A DNA stretch of 64,000 bases, taken from assembly GCA_964291495.2 (NCBI GenBank), contig OZ219871.1:928001-992000 (forward strand). Direction: 5' to 3'. This document shows positions 28,139-37,868 of this stretch, one piece after another (positions within the stretch are counted from its first letter, which is position 1; the number at the start of each line of letters is the position of its first letter). The notes below the pieces were generated by a model that was given only the letters and a program-made list of their open reading frames with translations, was not told the DNA's origin and ran no database searches. The position numbers and the translations under genes were made by a program. This stretch comes from Dehalococcoidia bacterium. GTDB lineage: Bacteria; Chloroflexota; Dehalococcoidia; UBA2979.

Positions 28139-29140
28139 CTAGTAGTGCTCGCGGATGTAGTGGGAAGCGACCACCACGCCGTCCTGGGCGGCCCGGCGGG
28201 CGGCGCCGAGCGCGCGGCCGTTCTCCTCGTCCGCCCGCGCCGCCGCGAGCAGCGTGCGGCCATGCGCGGTCTGGGTGAGGAAGCTGATCACCTGCTGCTT
28301 GGAAACCACGTCGGGCTGCACCTCGAGCTGCTCCGCCACGAGCGCGATCGACTCGGTGATGTCCCGGAGCATCGCCGGATCCACCGGCTGACTGTGGTAG
28401 ACGTCGAAGGCAATCGCCGCGATCAGCGCGTCGATGCGCTCGATCTCCAGCTCGATCATCCGCGCGACGTACTGCGCCTCTTCACCGGGCACGACCGGAC
28501 CGAGATCAACCGGCGGCGGGACCGTCGGCCCGACCCTGCCGCCACCGAACACCTCGATGGCGTCGAGCTGCGGGCCAACCTCGTAGTCCCTGAAGAACCA
28601 GCCCCGGGCCAGGGGGGTCGGCTGCGGGACAAAACCGTCCTCCTGCAAGAGGGGACCGGGCTCCGCCTCAGCAGGGTCCAAGATCCGAACGGGGATCGTG
28701 ACTGTCTCCACCGGCGGGTAGTCCGCGGACGGCTCGACGACCGCGGCGGTCTGCGGCGGCGTCGAGTCCAGCTGCGTGGCGACGACGAACGCGAGCACGA
28801 GCACCGCCGCCGCCGCCGCGCTGAAGACGGGCGTCAGGACGTTCCAGCGGAAGATGAAGAACGGCTTCGGCTCCTCGCGAGGCGCGCTGTCGTCGACCTG
28901 CTGCGCCCGGCGCCTCGCCCCGAGGCGGTTCAGTACGTAGGTTCGCGAGCGCTCACGGTAGGACTCGAAGCGTGGCGAGCGGGTGGCGGCCTGCTCCGTG
29001 TCGTACAGCTCGGCCGCGAGCGCCGCGAGTGAGAAGAGGGTGGGATCCTCGCGCGGGTCGAGGTCCGGCTCCGCCAGCGCCTCGATCGCGTCGAGGGCCT
29101 GGGCGAATCGTTCGGCCTCCACCATCTCGAAGTCGGTCAT
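28139..29140 (-). CDS. Putative membrane-bound anti-sigma factor
   Basis: ATGA-coupled downstream of the ECF sigma; cytoplasmic N-terminus, single TM, extracytoplasmic domain. Confidence 0.6.
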   Translation of the reverse strand: MTDFEMVEAERFAQALDAIEALAEPDLDPREDPTLFSLAALAAELYDTEQAATRSPRFESYRERSRTYVLNRLGARRRAQQVDDSAPREEPKPFFIFRWNVLTPVFSAAAAAVLVLAFVVATQLDSTPPQTAAVVEPSADYPPVETVTIPVRILDPAEAEPGPLLQEDGFVPQPTPLARGWFFRDYEVGPQLDAIEVFGGGRVGPTVPPPVDLGPVVPGEEAQYVARMIELEIERIDALIAAIAFDVYHSQPVDPAMLRDITESIALVAEQLEVQPDVVSKQQVISFLTQTAHGRTLLAAARADEENGRALGAARRAAQDGVVVASHYIREHY

Positions 29141-29760
29141 GACTTCCTCGCCTCGCGGATCCCGGACGGTTCGGCAAGCAGTTCACGCAGGCGCTGCACG
29201 CCCTTGTGCTGCAAGACCTTCACGTTCGGCACGTGCTTCCCGAGCGCTTCCGCCGTCTCCCTGACGGAGAGGCCGGATGCGAAGCGCAGCAGGATCACGT
29301 CGCGCTGCGCTTCCGGAAGTTCTCGCACCGCCCGGAACACCTCCTCGATCGTCAGCTTCGTTTCTGTCAGCTCCTGAGGGCCGCGGCCCTCATCGCGGAG
29401 ACGCTCGGCGACGAGGTCGGAGAACTCCGCCCGCCGCGGTCGCGCCGCCGCCCGGCGCTGGAACGATGCCACCTCGTTGCGGGCGATGCGGAAGATCCAC
29501 GCCCCGAAGGGGATGCGCTGGCCCTCCGCGCCCGGCCGCCACTCGAAGCGGTCGATCGCTCCCAGGACCTTGACGAAGATCTCTTCCGTCAGATCCTCGG
29601 CCTCGGTCTCGTCGCCGACGCGGGTGAGGCAGTAGCGATACAGCCTCGCCACGTAGGCGTCGTAGAGGCGGCCCATCGCCTCGTTCTCACCTGCCTTGGC
29701 GCGGTCGACGAGCGACCGCTCCTCTTCAGGCGAGAGACCGAACAGTGGTGGAGTTGACAT
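29137..29760 (-). CDS. ECF-type RNA polymerase sigma-70 factor
   Basis: LYDAY..RLYRY, AEDLT.E.F, AWIFRIARN, LPEAQRDVILLRF..GLS..ETAEALG. Confidence 0.93.
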   Translation of the reverse strand: MSTPPLFGLSPEEERSLVDRAKAGENEAMGRLYDAYVARLYRYCLTRVGDETEAEDLTEEIFVKVLGAIDRFEWRPGAEGQRIPFGAWIFRIARNEVASFQRRAAARPRRAEFSDLVAERLRDEGRGPQELTETKLTIEEVFRAVRELPEAQRDVILLRFASGLSVRETAEALGKHVPNVKVLQHKGVQRLRELLAEPSGIREARKS

Positions 29761-29952
29761 GCAGCCGCTCCGCGCGAGCCCCCGACTGTCTGGTCCCGCC
29801 GAGGCCAGCGCAAGCCGGAATGGAACCCAGTATAGCCCCCTCCGGCGTGCGGGACGGCTATCCGCCGCATTCCCACCACACTCACAAGAACGCTCTGAAC
29901 CCGTAACCGGTTAACGACGCGTTTCCCGTGTCCGGCAACCGTGCCGGCGCCG

Positions 29953-30573
29953 TCAGCGCCGGCCCAGCACCGCCCCGAGCGCCTCCCGCGTCTCGATCGC
30001 CTGCGGGTGCAACTCGAATGCCTCGCGCTCCGAGCGCTCCACCTCCAGTTCGAGATAGGCGAGCGCCGCCGCCTCCAGCGAGTCCTCGGCGAGGTCGACC
30101 ACGCGCTGCAGCTCCGGCCGCCGGGCCAGCTTCGCCGGCTCGATCTTGTCGGCGACGAACATCGCCCACGCCTCGGGCCCGAACGCCGGGTGCCCCGGCG
30201 TGTGCCAGTGGATCGCGTGCAGCACCAGTTCGTCCGTGACGCCGAAGCGCTCCGCGAGTTCGATGGCGCCGAGCGGCCCGTGCAGCAGCACCGGCCGCGC
30301 CTGCTCGACCGGCAACAGCTCGAGGCCCCGCGCCTCCGCGCGCGCCAGCCACTCGTCGTCCGTGAGCGCGCGCAGCAGGTCGTGCCCCTGGGCAGCGAGC
30401 AGCGTGCGCTCGACGTCGGCGCCGTGGGCCCGCGCCAGCGGCTCGGCCGCCGCGACGACCCTGTCGATGTGCGCGATCATGAAGTCCGGGACCTCGGCTG
30501 CCATCCGCTCGCGCAGCGCCAGCCTCGCCGCCGCGCCCTCGGCTGCGTGGCCGCGTGCGTCGCCTTCGCTCAT
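29953..30573 (-). CDS. yqeK: HD-domain hydrolase, YqeK (Ap4A hydrolase)-like
   Basis: H..RV, HDL, LLHGPLGA, AIHWHT, FVADKIEP. Confidence 0.78.
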   Translation of the reverse strand: MSEGDARGHAAEGAAARLALRERMAAEVPDFMIAHIDRVVAAAEPLARAHGADVERTLLAAQGHDLLRALTDDEWLARAEARGLELLPVEQARPVLLHGPLGAIELAERFGVTDELVLHAIHWHTPGHPAFGPEAWAMFVADKIEPAKLARRPELQRVVDLAEDSLEAAALAYLELEVERSEREAFELHPQAIETREALGAVLGRR

Positions 30574-30604
30574 CGCGGTGCGATTCCGGCGCGACGCCGA
30601 GGCG

Positions 30605-31432
30605 CTACTGCGGGTAGCCGGCCATGCGGCGCAGCCGCTCGATGCGCTGCTCCATCGGCGGATGCGTGGAGAACAGGCCGGAGACGCTGTTCCCGCCCAG
30701 CGGGTTCACGATGTAGAGGTGCGCCGTCGACTCGGAGACCTCGCGCGGCATCAGCTGCGCGCCCTGTTCGAGCTTCGCCAGCGCCGAGGCCAGCGCGATC
30801 GGATCGCCGACGTAGTTCGCGCCGTCCGTGTCGGCCTGGTACTCGCGCGAGCGGCTGATCGCGAGCTGGATGAGCGAGGCCGCGATCGGCGCCAGCAGCG
30901 CCGCCAGCAGGGCGAGCAGGCCGCCGCCGTCGCGCCGCCCGCCGAACCAGAGGGCGAAGAACGAGAGGAACGAGATCGCCGAGGCCACCGTCGCGACCAC
31001 CGAGGAGGTGAGGATGTCGCGGTTGGCGACGTGCGCGATCTCGTGGCCGATCACGCCTCGCAGCTCGCGGTCGGTGAGCAGCCGGCGGATGCCGGTGGTC
31101 ACGGCGACGGCGGCGTGCTTCGGGCTGCGGCCGGTGGCGAAGGCGTTGGGTTGCGGCGAGTCCATGATGTAGACGCGCGGCATCGGCAGCCCGGCCCCGT
31201 TCGCGACCTGCTCGATCATGCGGAACAGGTCCGGGTCGTCCTCGTAGCCGATCTCCTGCGCGCCCGAGGTCTTGAGCACGATGTCGGCGGAGAACCAGTA
31301 GGAGCCGACGTTCAGCGCCAGCGCGATCACGAGCGCGATGATCAGGCCACCCAGCCCACCGACGCCAAACCCGATCAGCATCAGCAACCCGCTGATCGCG
31401 GCCAGCAGCACCACCGTCTTGAAGTTCTGCAT
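30605..31432 (-). CDS. htpX: Zinc metalloprotease HtpX
   Basis: PNAFATGRSP, GVIGHEIAHV.NRD, ISRSREYQAD, LFSTHPP.E.RI. Confidence 0.95.
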   Translation of the reverse strand: MQNFKTVVLLAAISGLLMLIGFGVGGLGGLIIALVIALALNVGSYWFSADIVLKTSGAQEIGYEDDPDLFRMIEQVANGAGLPMPRVYIMDSPQPNAFATGRSPKHAAVAVTTGIRRLLTDRELRGVIGHEIAHVANRDILTSSVVATVASAISFLSFFALWFGGRRDGGGLLALLAALLAPIAASLIQLAISRSREYQADTDGANYVGDPIALASALAKLEQGAQLMPREVSESTAHLYIVNPLGGNSVSGLFSTHPPMEQRIERLRRMAGYPQ

Positions 31433-31539
31433 CACCCAGTCCCGGTCTATGGAGTCCCGCCTGTGAGGCGCTGCAACACGCCTCGGATCGATCTTATTCG
31501 ATCTGGGGTCGCGGGGTGAGGGCTCGCGCATCGGTCGCT

Positions 31540-31790
31540 CGTGGGGGCTGCGCCCCCCACACCCCCCTCGGCTCCGCCGCATCGGTCATTCCGGCACCCT
31601 CTCCCCCCGCGGGAGAGGGTGGGGGTGAGGGGGAGCGGACGCAGCCCGCCCGGCGCGCAGCGCCGCTTCGAGCACGCACCGACGCCCCGAGGGCGGATCC
31701 GGCCCCCTCTCCCCGAGGGAGAGGGCGGGGGTGAGGGAGGCGCACGCCCGCGAGAGTTCCGAGGGGCGCGGCGCCGCCCGGAGGGCGATT
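31540..31790. repeat. REP-like mosaic (cluster 7)
   Basis: GGGGGCTGCGCCCCCCACACCCCC, GTCATTCCGGC, CCCTCTCCCCCGCGGGAGAGGG, CCCTCTCCCCGAGGGAGAGGG. Confidence 0.8.
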
Positions 31791-31810
31791 CAGCCTTCCG
31801 GCGGCAACGA

Positions 31811-31838
31811 AACGGGCCGCCCTCGCGGGCGGCCCGTT
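31811..31838 (-). terminator. Terminator downstream of the ACAD operon
   Basis: AACGGGCCGCCC-TCGC-GGGCGGCCCGTT hairpin with a short T-tract on the minus strand. Confidence 0.65.
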
Positions 31839-31861
31839 GGCTGCGTAGCCCTCGAGGGCGG

Positions 31862-32971
31862 CTAGATGCCGAGCTGGTCGGCCACCAACTCGCGGTGGTG
31901 GTCCGTGTCGCCCCAGGCCAGCTCCGCCCGCTTCTGGCGGCGGTAGTAGAGCTGGATCTTGTAGTCCTTCGTGAAGCCGATGCCGCCGTGGATCTGCTGG
32001 CCGTGCGCCACCACGCGGCGGGTCGCCTCGGAGGTCCACGCCTTCGCCATGTTCACGGCCATCTGCGTGTCCTCCTGGTCCGTGTTAATGGACCAGGCGG
32101 CCTTGTACATGATGAAGCGCGAGCCATCGACGTCCGTGACCATGTCCGCGCACTTGTGCTGGATCGCCTGGAACGAGCCGATCGGGCGGCCGAACTGCAC
32201 GCGCTCCTTGGCGTAATCCACCGAGATCTCGAAGTCCATCTGCGCCAGGCCCACCAGGTAAGCGCACTCGGCGACCGCGTAGCGCTGCATCACGGGCTGC
32301 AGCGACCCCCAGCCACCGCCGTCCTCACCGAGGAGCTGGCCCTTCGCGCCGTCGAGGATCACCTCGCATTGCTTGTCGCGCGCGATCGTCAGCAGCTGGT
32401 TGACCGTCACGCCCGGCTGGTCCGTCGCCACGATCGCCAGCGTCACCCCGTTGCCCGAGCGCGCCGCGACGACCATGTAGTCGGCGACGTTGGCGTCCGG
32501 CACGAACAGCTTCGTGCCCGTGATCGTCACCTCGTTGCCGTCGACGGTCGCCGCGGCCTCGATGCCCTGCTCGTCGAAGCGGGCGGAGGGCTCGGTCTGG
32601 GCGAGCGTGAAGATCAGGTCGCCGGAGGCGATGCTCGGCAGGAACTCCTGCTTCTGCTCCTCGGAGCCGGCCACCATCAGCGGCACCGCGCCGCCGAGGA
32701 CGGAGGACATGAACGGACCCGGCACGAGCGCGCGCCCGAACTCCTCGAGCAGCACGCAGAAGTCGAGGAAGTCGAAGCCGACGCCGCCGTACTCCTCGGG
32801 GATGAGCAGGCCCTGCCAGCCCTGCTCGGCCATCTTCGACCAGAGCTCGGGCGAGTAGCCGCGCTCGTCCTCTTCCATGTCGCGCACGAGCTGCTCGGGG
32901 CACTCGTTCTCGAGGAAGTCACGCGCCGCGTTCTTGAGCAGTTCCTGCTGCTCCGTGAAGCCCAGGTCCAT
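31862..32971 (-). CDS. Acyl-CoA dehydrogenase (beta-type partner subunit)
   Basis: MDLGFTEQQELL, IPEEYGG, RVQFGRPIGSFQAIQHKCADM, QIHGGIGFT. Confidence 0.93.
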   Translation of the reverse strand: MDLGFTEQQELLKNAARDFLENECPEQLVRDMEEDERGYSPELWSKMAEQGWQGLLIPEEYGGVGFDFLDFCVLLEEFGRALVPGPFMSSVLGGAVPLMVAGSEEQKQEFLPSIASGDLIFTLAQTEPSARFDEQGIEAAATVDGNEVTITGTKLFVPDANVADYMVVAARSGNGVTLAIVATDQPGVTVNQLLTIARDKQCEVILDGAKGQLLGEDGGGWGSLQPVMQRYAVAECAYLVGLAQMDFEISVDYAKERVQFGRPIGSFQAIQHKCADMVTDVDGSRFIMYKAAWSINTDQEDTQMAVNMAKAWTSEATRRVVAHGQQIHGGIGFTKDYKIQLYYRRQKRAELAWGDTDHHRELVADQLGI

Positions 32972-33083
32972 GTCGTCCTCCCTTTGCCCGCGCGCCTCCC
33001 GGCGCTCGGGCCGCGGCGTGCCGCCGGCTTTTTTCCTCTACGGTTTCTCCCGGTGTCCCGGGTGTCCGTGTTCTCCGTTGTCG

Positions 33084-34310
33084 CTAGCCGCGCGGCAGGC
33101 CGAGCCCGCGCGTGGCGATGATGTTGCGCTGAATCTCCGAGCTGCCACCCGCGATCGTCGAGGGGATCGCGCGCACGTAGCCGTGCGTGAACTGCGAGCG
33201 CATCGGCGCGTACGCCGAGTCCTTGCCCCAGACGTTCCCGTACAGCCCCAGCGTCTTCGTGCCCGTGCGCATCACCCGCTGGTGCGTCTCCGTGCCGAAC
33301 ATCTTGCCCGTCGAGGCCTCGTAGTTCGGCACCACGCCCGAGGCCTGCATCGAGGCGATGCGCATCCCGAAGTTGCGCGCCACGTCGCACTCGATGTAGC
33401 GGTCCGCGACCTCCGCCCGCAGCGTCGGCAGGTCGCCGGTCCGCGAGCACACGGCGCCCTCGTCGCTCCCGATGTATTCGATCAGCTCTTCGACCAGCGT
33501 GCGGTCGAGGATCGCGCTGTCGATGTTGGAGCGCTCGTAGTCGAGCAGCGTCATGCCGACGTACCAGCCGCGGTTCTCCTCGCCGAGGCGGTTGGAGACG
33601 GGGGCGCGCACGTCCTCGAAGAAGGTCTCGTTGAAGTGGTGGTTGAAGGTCATGTCGATCAGCGGGCGCACCTGCACGCCGGCCTCGTGGATGTCGTCGA
33701 TGATGATCAGCGAGATGCCGCGGTGCTTCGGCGCGTCCGGGTCGGTGCGCACCAGGATGTACATGTTGTCGGCGTTGTGCGCGTTGCTGGTCCAGATTTT
33801 CTGGCCGTTGATCACGTACTCGTCACCGTCGCGCCGGGCGCGCGTCTGCAGCGAGGCGAGGTCCGAGCCGGCGCCCGGCTCGGAGTAGCCCTGGCACCAT
33901 GCCGTGTCTCCCTCGAGGATGCCGGTCAGGTACTTCTCCTTCTGCTGCTCGTTGCCGTGCACGATCACCGTCGGGCCGATCTGCGTGACGCCCTGGCCGC
34001 CCACGGCGGGCGCCCCGGCCTCCGCCATCTCCTGCTTGAAGATGAACTGCTCCCAGACGGAGAGGCCGGCGCCGCCGTACTCGACGGGCCAGTTGGGCGC
34101 GACCCAGCCGTTCTCGGCGAGCGACCGCGCCCAATCGCGGGCCGCGCCGCTCTCCTCCGGATCGTCGCTCGCGCGATTCGCCTGCCAGCCGCCGTCGAGG
34201 CCGCTGCGATTGGCGTGCGCATCGCGATAGAAGTCGGGGAGTCGTTCGCCGACGAAGTCGCGGACCTGCGCGCGGAATGATGCCTGCTCGGCGGAGTCGC
34301 CCCAGTCCAT
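33084..34310 (-). CDS. Acyl-CoA dehydrogenase (alpha-type subunit)
   Basis: [56 protein letters not shown]. Confidence 0.93.
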   Translation of the reverse strand: MDWGDSAEQASFRAQVRDFVGERLPDFYRDAHANRSGLDGGWQANRASDDPEESGAARDWARSLAENGWVAPNWPVEYGGAGLSVWEQFIFKQEMAEAGAPAVGGQGVTQIGPTVIVHGNEQQKEKYLTGILEGDTAWCQGYSEPGAGSDLASLQTRARRDGDEYVINGQKIWTSNAHNADNMYILVRTDPDAPKHRGISLIIIDDIHEAGVQVRPLIDMTFNHHFNETFFEDVRAPVSNRLGEENRGWYVGMTLLDYERSNIDSAILDRTLVEELIEYIGSDEGAVCSRTGDLPTLRAEVADRYIECDVARNFGMRIASMQASGVVPNYEASTGKMFGTETHQRVMRTGTKTLGLYGNVWGKDSAYAPMRSQFTHGYVRAIPSTIAGGSSEIQRNIIATRGLGLPRG

Positions 34311-34608
34311 GCTCGCCTCCTGCCTCGTCGCCCGCGCACTTGCTCCGCAACCGGCCCCGCGGCCAGACGCGCTGGCCGGATCGAGCGAGGCTGACGGAGC
34401 CGCGAACGACATACCGAGCCGCCGCTCGCTCGGCGGCGCGATTATGGATTTCGCCGGATCAGGCGTCAACCGCGCCAGCGCGGCCTCGCGCGCGGGGTTC
34501 GGACACGGATGTACCAAACGCGCATCGCCACTATCATTCGCCGACCGGCGATTCGGGGCAGCGCGCACGCACCGCGAGGACGCGCCCCCTGCGGGTGGGG
34601 ACCGCGGC

Positions 34609-35910
34609 TTGAGTCAGACCTCCGGGACGCGGTGGCGGCTGCTGCTCGCGTCCACGCTGATCGCGGGCGCGCTGCTTGCGTTGGCCCCCCTCGCAACGCC
34701 CGCCGGGGCTCAGACCCGGTCGTTCGCCGAGATGTGCGACGAGCTGCAGGCCACGGCCGCGGGCTTCGAGGGAAGGGTCGCCTTCGTCGTCCACGACCTG
34801 ACCGAGGGCACGCGCTGCGAACGCAGTCCCGACGAGGTCTACACCACCGCCTCGCTCTACAAGCTGATCGTGCTCGCCGAGGCGCACCGGCAACGGGAGG
34901 CGGAGACGTTCTCATTCAGCGAGGACATCGTGGGGCTCCGCGCCGACGAAGCGATCCGCAGCATGATCCAGGGGTCCACCAACGAAACGGCCCGCGGGCT
35001 GCTCGAACGCCTCGGGTTCGAGAACGTCGAGGCGCTCCCGGCGGCGCTGGGCATGAACGACACGGTCATCCGCGGAGAGAACTACACGACCACCGCCGCA
35101 GACATCGCGCACTTCTTCGATCAACTGGAGGCGGAGCGCCTGATCAGCCCCGAGGCGGACCGGGCGATGCTGCGGCTGCTGCTGGGACAGCGCATCCGCG
35201 ATCGGATTCCGGTGCTGCTCCCGCCCACCGTCGCGATCGCGCACAAGACGGGGCGCCTCGACCGCTTCGCCCACGACGCGGGCATCGTCTACGCACCCGG
35301 CGGCGCGTACGTGCTGGTGCTGCTGACCGAGGGCGCGCCGTACCAGAACTGGCTCCCGGGCCACGAGGTGATCCGCCAGCTGGCGGCGCTCTCCTACGCG
35401 GCTTACGGCCAGCTGCCAACGCCAACGCCCGAGGCGACTCCGACGCCCGAGCCGACGTCGACGCCCGAGCCAACTCCGACGCCAACCCCCGAGCTCACCC
35501 CGACCGCCGCGCCCACGCCAACCGAGACCCCCTCGCCCACTCCGACGGCGACGCCCGAGTCGACTCCGACGGCGACAGCGGAACCGACGCCCACGCCCAC
35601 GCCAACTCTGACGCCAACTGCGACGGCGGAGCCAACGCCGGCGGAGACAGCCACGCCCGCGGCGGCTGCGGCCGCCGCGCCCTCGCCGACCGCCACCTCC
35701 GAGGCGCCGACGGCCGCCGCGGCGCCTCGGCAGGAGGGCGGTCCGGACGCGCCGATCGCTTCCACGAGCGAAGCCGCCGAGCGTGAATTCGGATTCCCGC
35801 AAATCGGCTTGCTGCTGCTCGCCGTCGTGCTCGCGATCTGGTCGCTGGAGTTGCTGGTCCCGCAGTGGCGGCGGGATGCAACCGCCCCGGAGGAGCACGA
35901 GGGCGACTGA
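34609..35910 (+). CDS. Membrane-anchored serine hydrolase (class A beta-lactamase-like) with Pro/Thr stalk
   Basis: ASLYK (SxxK), STN, HKTG...HDAGIV; TPEP repeats; C-terminal TM; start approximate. Confidence 0.82.
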   Translation: MSQTSGTRWRLLLASTLIAGALLALAPLATPAGAQTRSFAEMCDELQATAAGFEGRVAFVVHDLTEGTRCERSPDEVYTTASLYKLIVLAEAHRQREAETFSFSEDIVGLRADEAIRSMIQGSTNETARGLLERLGFENVEALPAALGMNDTVIRGENYTTTAADIAHFFDQLEAERLISPEADRAMLRLLLGQRIRDRIPVLLPPTVAIAHKTGRLDRFAHDAGIVYAPGGAYVLVLLTEGAPYQNWLPGHEVIRQLAALSYAAYGQLPTPTPEATPTPEPTSTPEPTPTPTPELTPTAAPTPTETPSPTPTATPESTPTATAEPTPTPTPTLTPTATAEPTPAETATPAAAAAAAPSPTATSEAPTAAAAPRQEGGPDAPIASTSEAAEREFGFPQIGLLLLAVVLAIWSLELLVPQWRRDATAPEEHEGD

Positions 35911-35917
35911 TCGCCGC

Positions 35918-36718
35918 CTACGGCTCCTCCAGCACGGGCGGCTCACCGATGATCACGCCCGTCGAGAGATCGAGCGGCGGCAGCGAGTCGTCCTCCAGGT
36001 CGGCGAGATCGACGACGTTGCCCGCCTCGATCTCGCGCTCGATCTCGCCCAGGCGCTCCTCACGGCGCTCACGCGCCTCCTCGGTCAGCTCCAGCTCCTC
36101 GGCGATGCGGTCGGCCAGCACGTTCGAGGGCGACTCGAAGTCCTTCGGCAGGCGCGCCTCGATCGCGGCGTCCAGCGCGGCGTACTCGTAGCCGCCGAGG
36201 AAGTGCAGCGGGCGCGTCTCCTCCGGGCCGAGCAGCCAGCGCTCGCCGAAGGAGCGCTCGTCCACATGCACCGCCACCGCAAGGGCGATGCACAGCTCGT
36301 GGTCGCCGAAGGGCAGCACCTCCTCCAGCTCGCACTCCACCCAGGCCACGCAGCCCTTGAGCAGGGGCGCGTCGATGTGCGTGGCGGTGAACGTCTCCAG
36401 CTGCGTCGCGTCGAACTTGTCCAGCTCCTCGCCGCTGTAGGAGCCGAGGTACTGGACCAGGTGCAGCAGCGGGCGCGCAGGGATGTTGAGCGCGAACTGC
36501 TCCGAGGCGCGGATCAGCTCCAGCGAGTGGCGCGACTGGTGCAGCGCGACGCCGACCAGCGGCGGCTCCGCCGAGAGCGGCGTGTGCCAAGCCACCGGCA
36601 GCACGTTGTCCGCGCCTCGATCGTGCGTGGTGACGAGCGCAACCGGCCCGCCGAGCAGGATGCGGGCGGCCACCGTCGCGGGACGGCGCTCGACGCCGTC
36701 GGGGGGATGTTCGATCAC
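35918..36718 (-). CDS. Flavin reductase family protein with acidic C-terminal tail
   Basis: PVALVTT, PLSAEPPLV, FALNIP, ECEL.....GDH. Confidence 0.85.
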   Translation of the reverse strand: MIEHPPDGVERRPATVAARILLGGPVALVTTHDRGADNVLPVAWHTPLSAEPPLVGVALHQSRHSLELIRASEQFALNIPARPLLHLVQYLGSYSGEELDKFDATQLETFTATHIDAPLLKGCVAWVECELEEVLPFGDHELCIALAVAVHVDERSFGERWLLGPEETRPLHFLGGYEYAALDAAIEARLPKDFESPSNVLADRIAEELELTEEARERREERLGEIEREIEAGNVVDLADLEDDSLPPLDLSTGVIIGEPPVLEEP

Positions 36719-36746
36719 GCCCGGAGTATAGGAGGGTGCGCGGCCG

Positions 36747-37868
36747 CTACGCGCCGTCGAGCACGGCGATCAGCGCTTCCTCGAGCTCCGCTTCCGGCGC
36801 GAACGCCTCGAAGCGCCCGGCCACCAGGCCGTCCGCGCCGACGATGAATGTCCACTCCGGCGTGTGCAGGCCCCACTGGCGCAGCAGCGGCGTCTCGATC
36901 GCCACGCCCAGGCCCATCGTGCGGATCTCCTCCGGGTTCTCGTAGAGATCGACGTGGATGAAGTTCGCGCGATCGCCGTGGCGCTCGCGCAGCGCGGTCA
37001 GGATCTCGGCCTGGGGCCCGCACAGCGCGTTCGTGCAGAAGCCCGGGCTGGCGAAGACGATCACGAACGGGCGCCCCGCCTCCAGCGCCTCGGCGACCGT
37101 CAGCTCGTAGAGCGCGGGGTCCGGCTCGGCGCCGGTGGAGAGCTGGTAGACGGACTCCACGTCGTCCAGCGTGCGGTTGAGGCTCGCGGGCGCCGGGTCG
37201 CCCACGTCCGGCGCGAGCGTGCGCGCCGCCACCTCGGCGGGGAAGCTCAGCACGGCGAGCGAGCCGTCGGGGCGGGGCAGGCTCACCTCGATCATCCACT
37301 CGCCGGCCTGATCGAACTCGAGCTCGCCGACGTAGAGCCCGCGAATGCCCTCGGGAAAGTCGAAGTAGCGCGCGATCGCGGTCACCGCCTCGCCGCCGCC
37401 GAGGCTCGCCGAGATCGAGACGACCGGCAGCCGCACGATGCCCTCGCTGTCGCTCAGCACGAAGGCGATGCGCTGCGGCCCGAGGCCGAGGTCCGGTGTG
37501 CCGAAGACCAGGATCAGGCCGGACGCCTCGTCCTCGTACTGCGGGTAGCTGGCCTCGAAGCCATCGCCGAACACGGAGGTGCGCTCCTCCGGCGTCGCCT
37601 CGGCGGCCGCCGTCGGCGTGGCCGTCGCGTCGCCCGCCGAGGTCGCCGCGGCTGTCGCGGTCGGCGTTGCCGCCGCGTCGTCCGACGAGGTCGCTGCGGC
37701 CGTCGCGGTCGCCGTCGCCGCGGGAGCGGCGGTGGCGGGCGCTGCCGGGTCGTCCGTCCCGCCGTCGCCGCAGGCGAGGGCGAGCGTGCCCGCGACAAGC
37801 GCGGCGAGCGCCAGCGACGCCCGGGCGCGCGTTCGTCCGCTGAGTGCCTGGCGGATCCGCATGATCAC
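36747..37868 (-). CDS. Lipoprotein with thioredoxin-like fold (CxxxxC)
   Basis: Lipobox LALAC; FASPGFCTNALCGP; FIHVDLY; W.L..EWTFIVG.DG. Confidence 0.75.
   Translation of the reverse strand: MIMRIRQALSGRTRARASLALAALVAGTLALACGDGGTDDPAAPATAAPAATATATAAATSSDDAAATPTATAAATSAGDATATPTAAAEATPEERTSVFGDGFEASYPQYEDEASGLILVFGTPDLGLGPQRIAFVLSDSEGIVRLPVVSISASLGGGEAVTAIARYFDFPEGIRGLYVGELEFDQAGEWMIEVSLPRPDGSLAVLSFPAEVAARTLAPDVGDPAPASLNRTLDDVESVYQLSTGAEPDPALYELTVAEALEAGRPFVIVFASPGFCTNALCGPQAEILTALRERHGDRANFIHVDLYENPEEIRTMGLGVAIETPLLRQWGLHTPEWTFIVGADGLVAGRFEAFAPEAELEEALIAVLDGA

Noticed and set aside
34609-35910. Antibiotic-resistance beta-lactamase
   Set aside because: Only the general SxxK/SxN/KTG fold is evident; the stalk and membrane anchor suggest an envelope serine hydrolase
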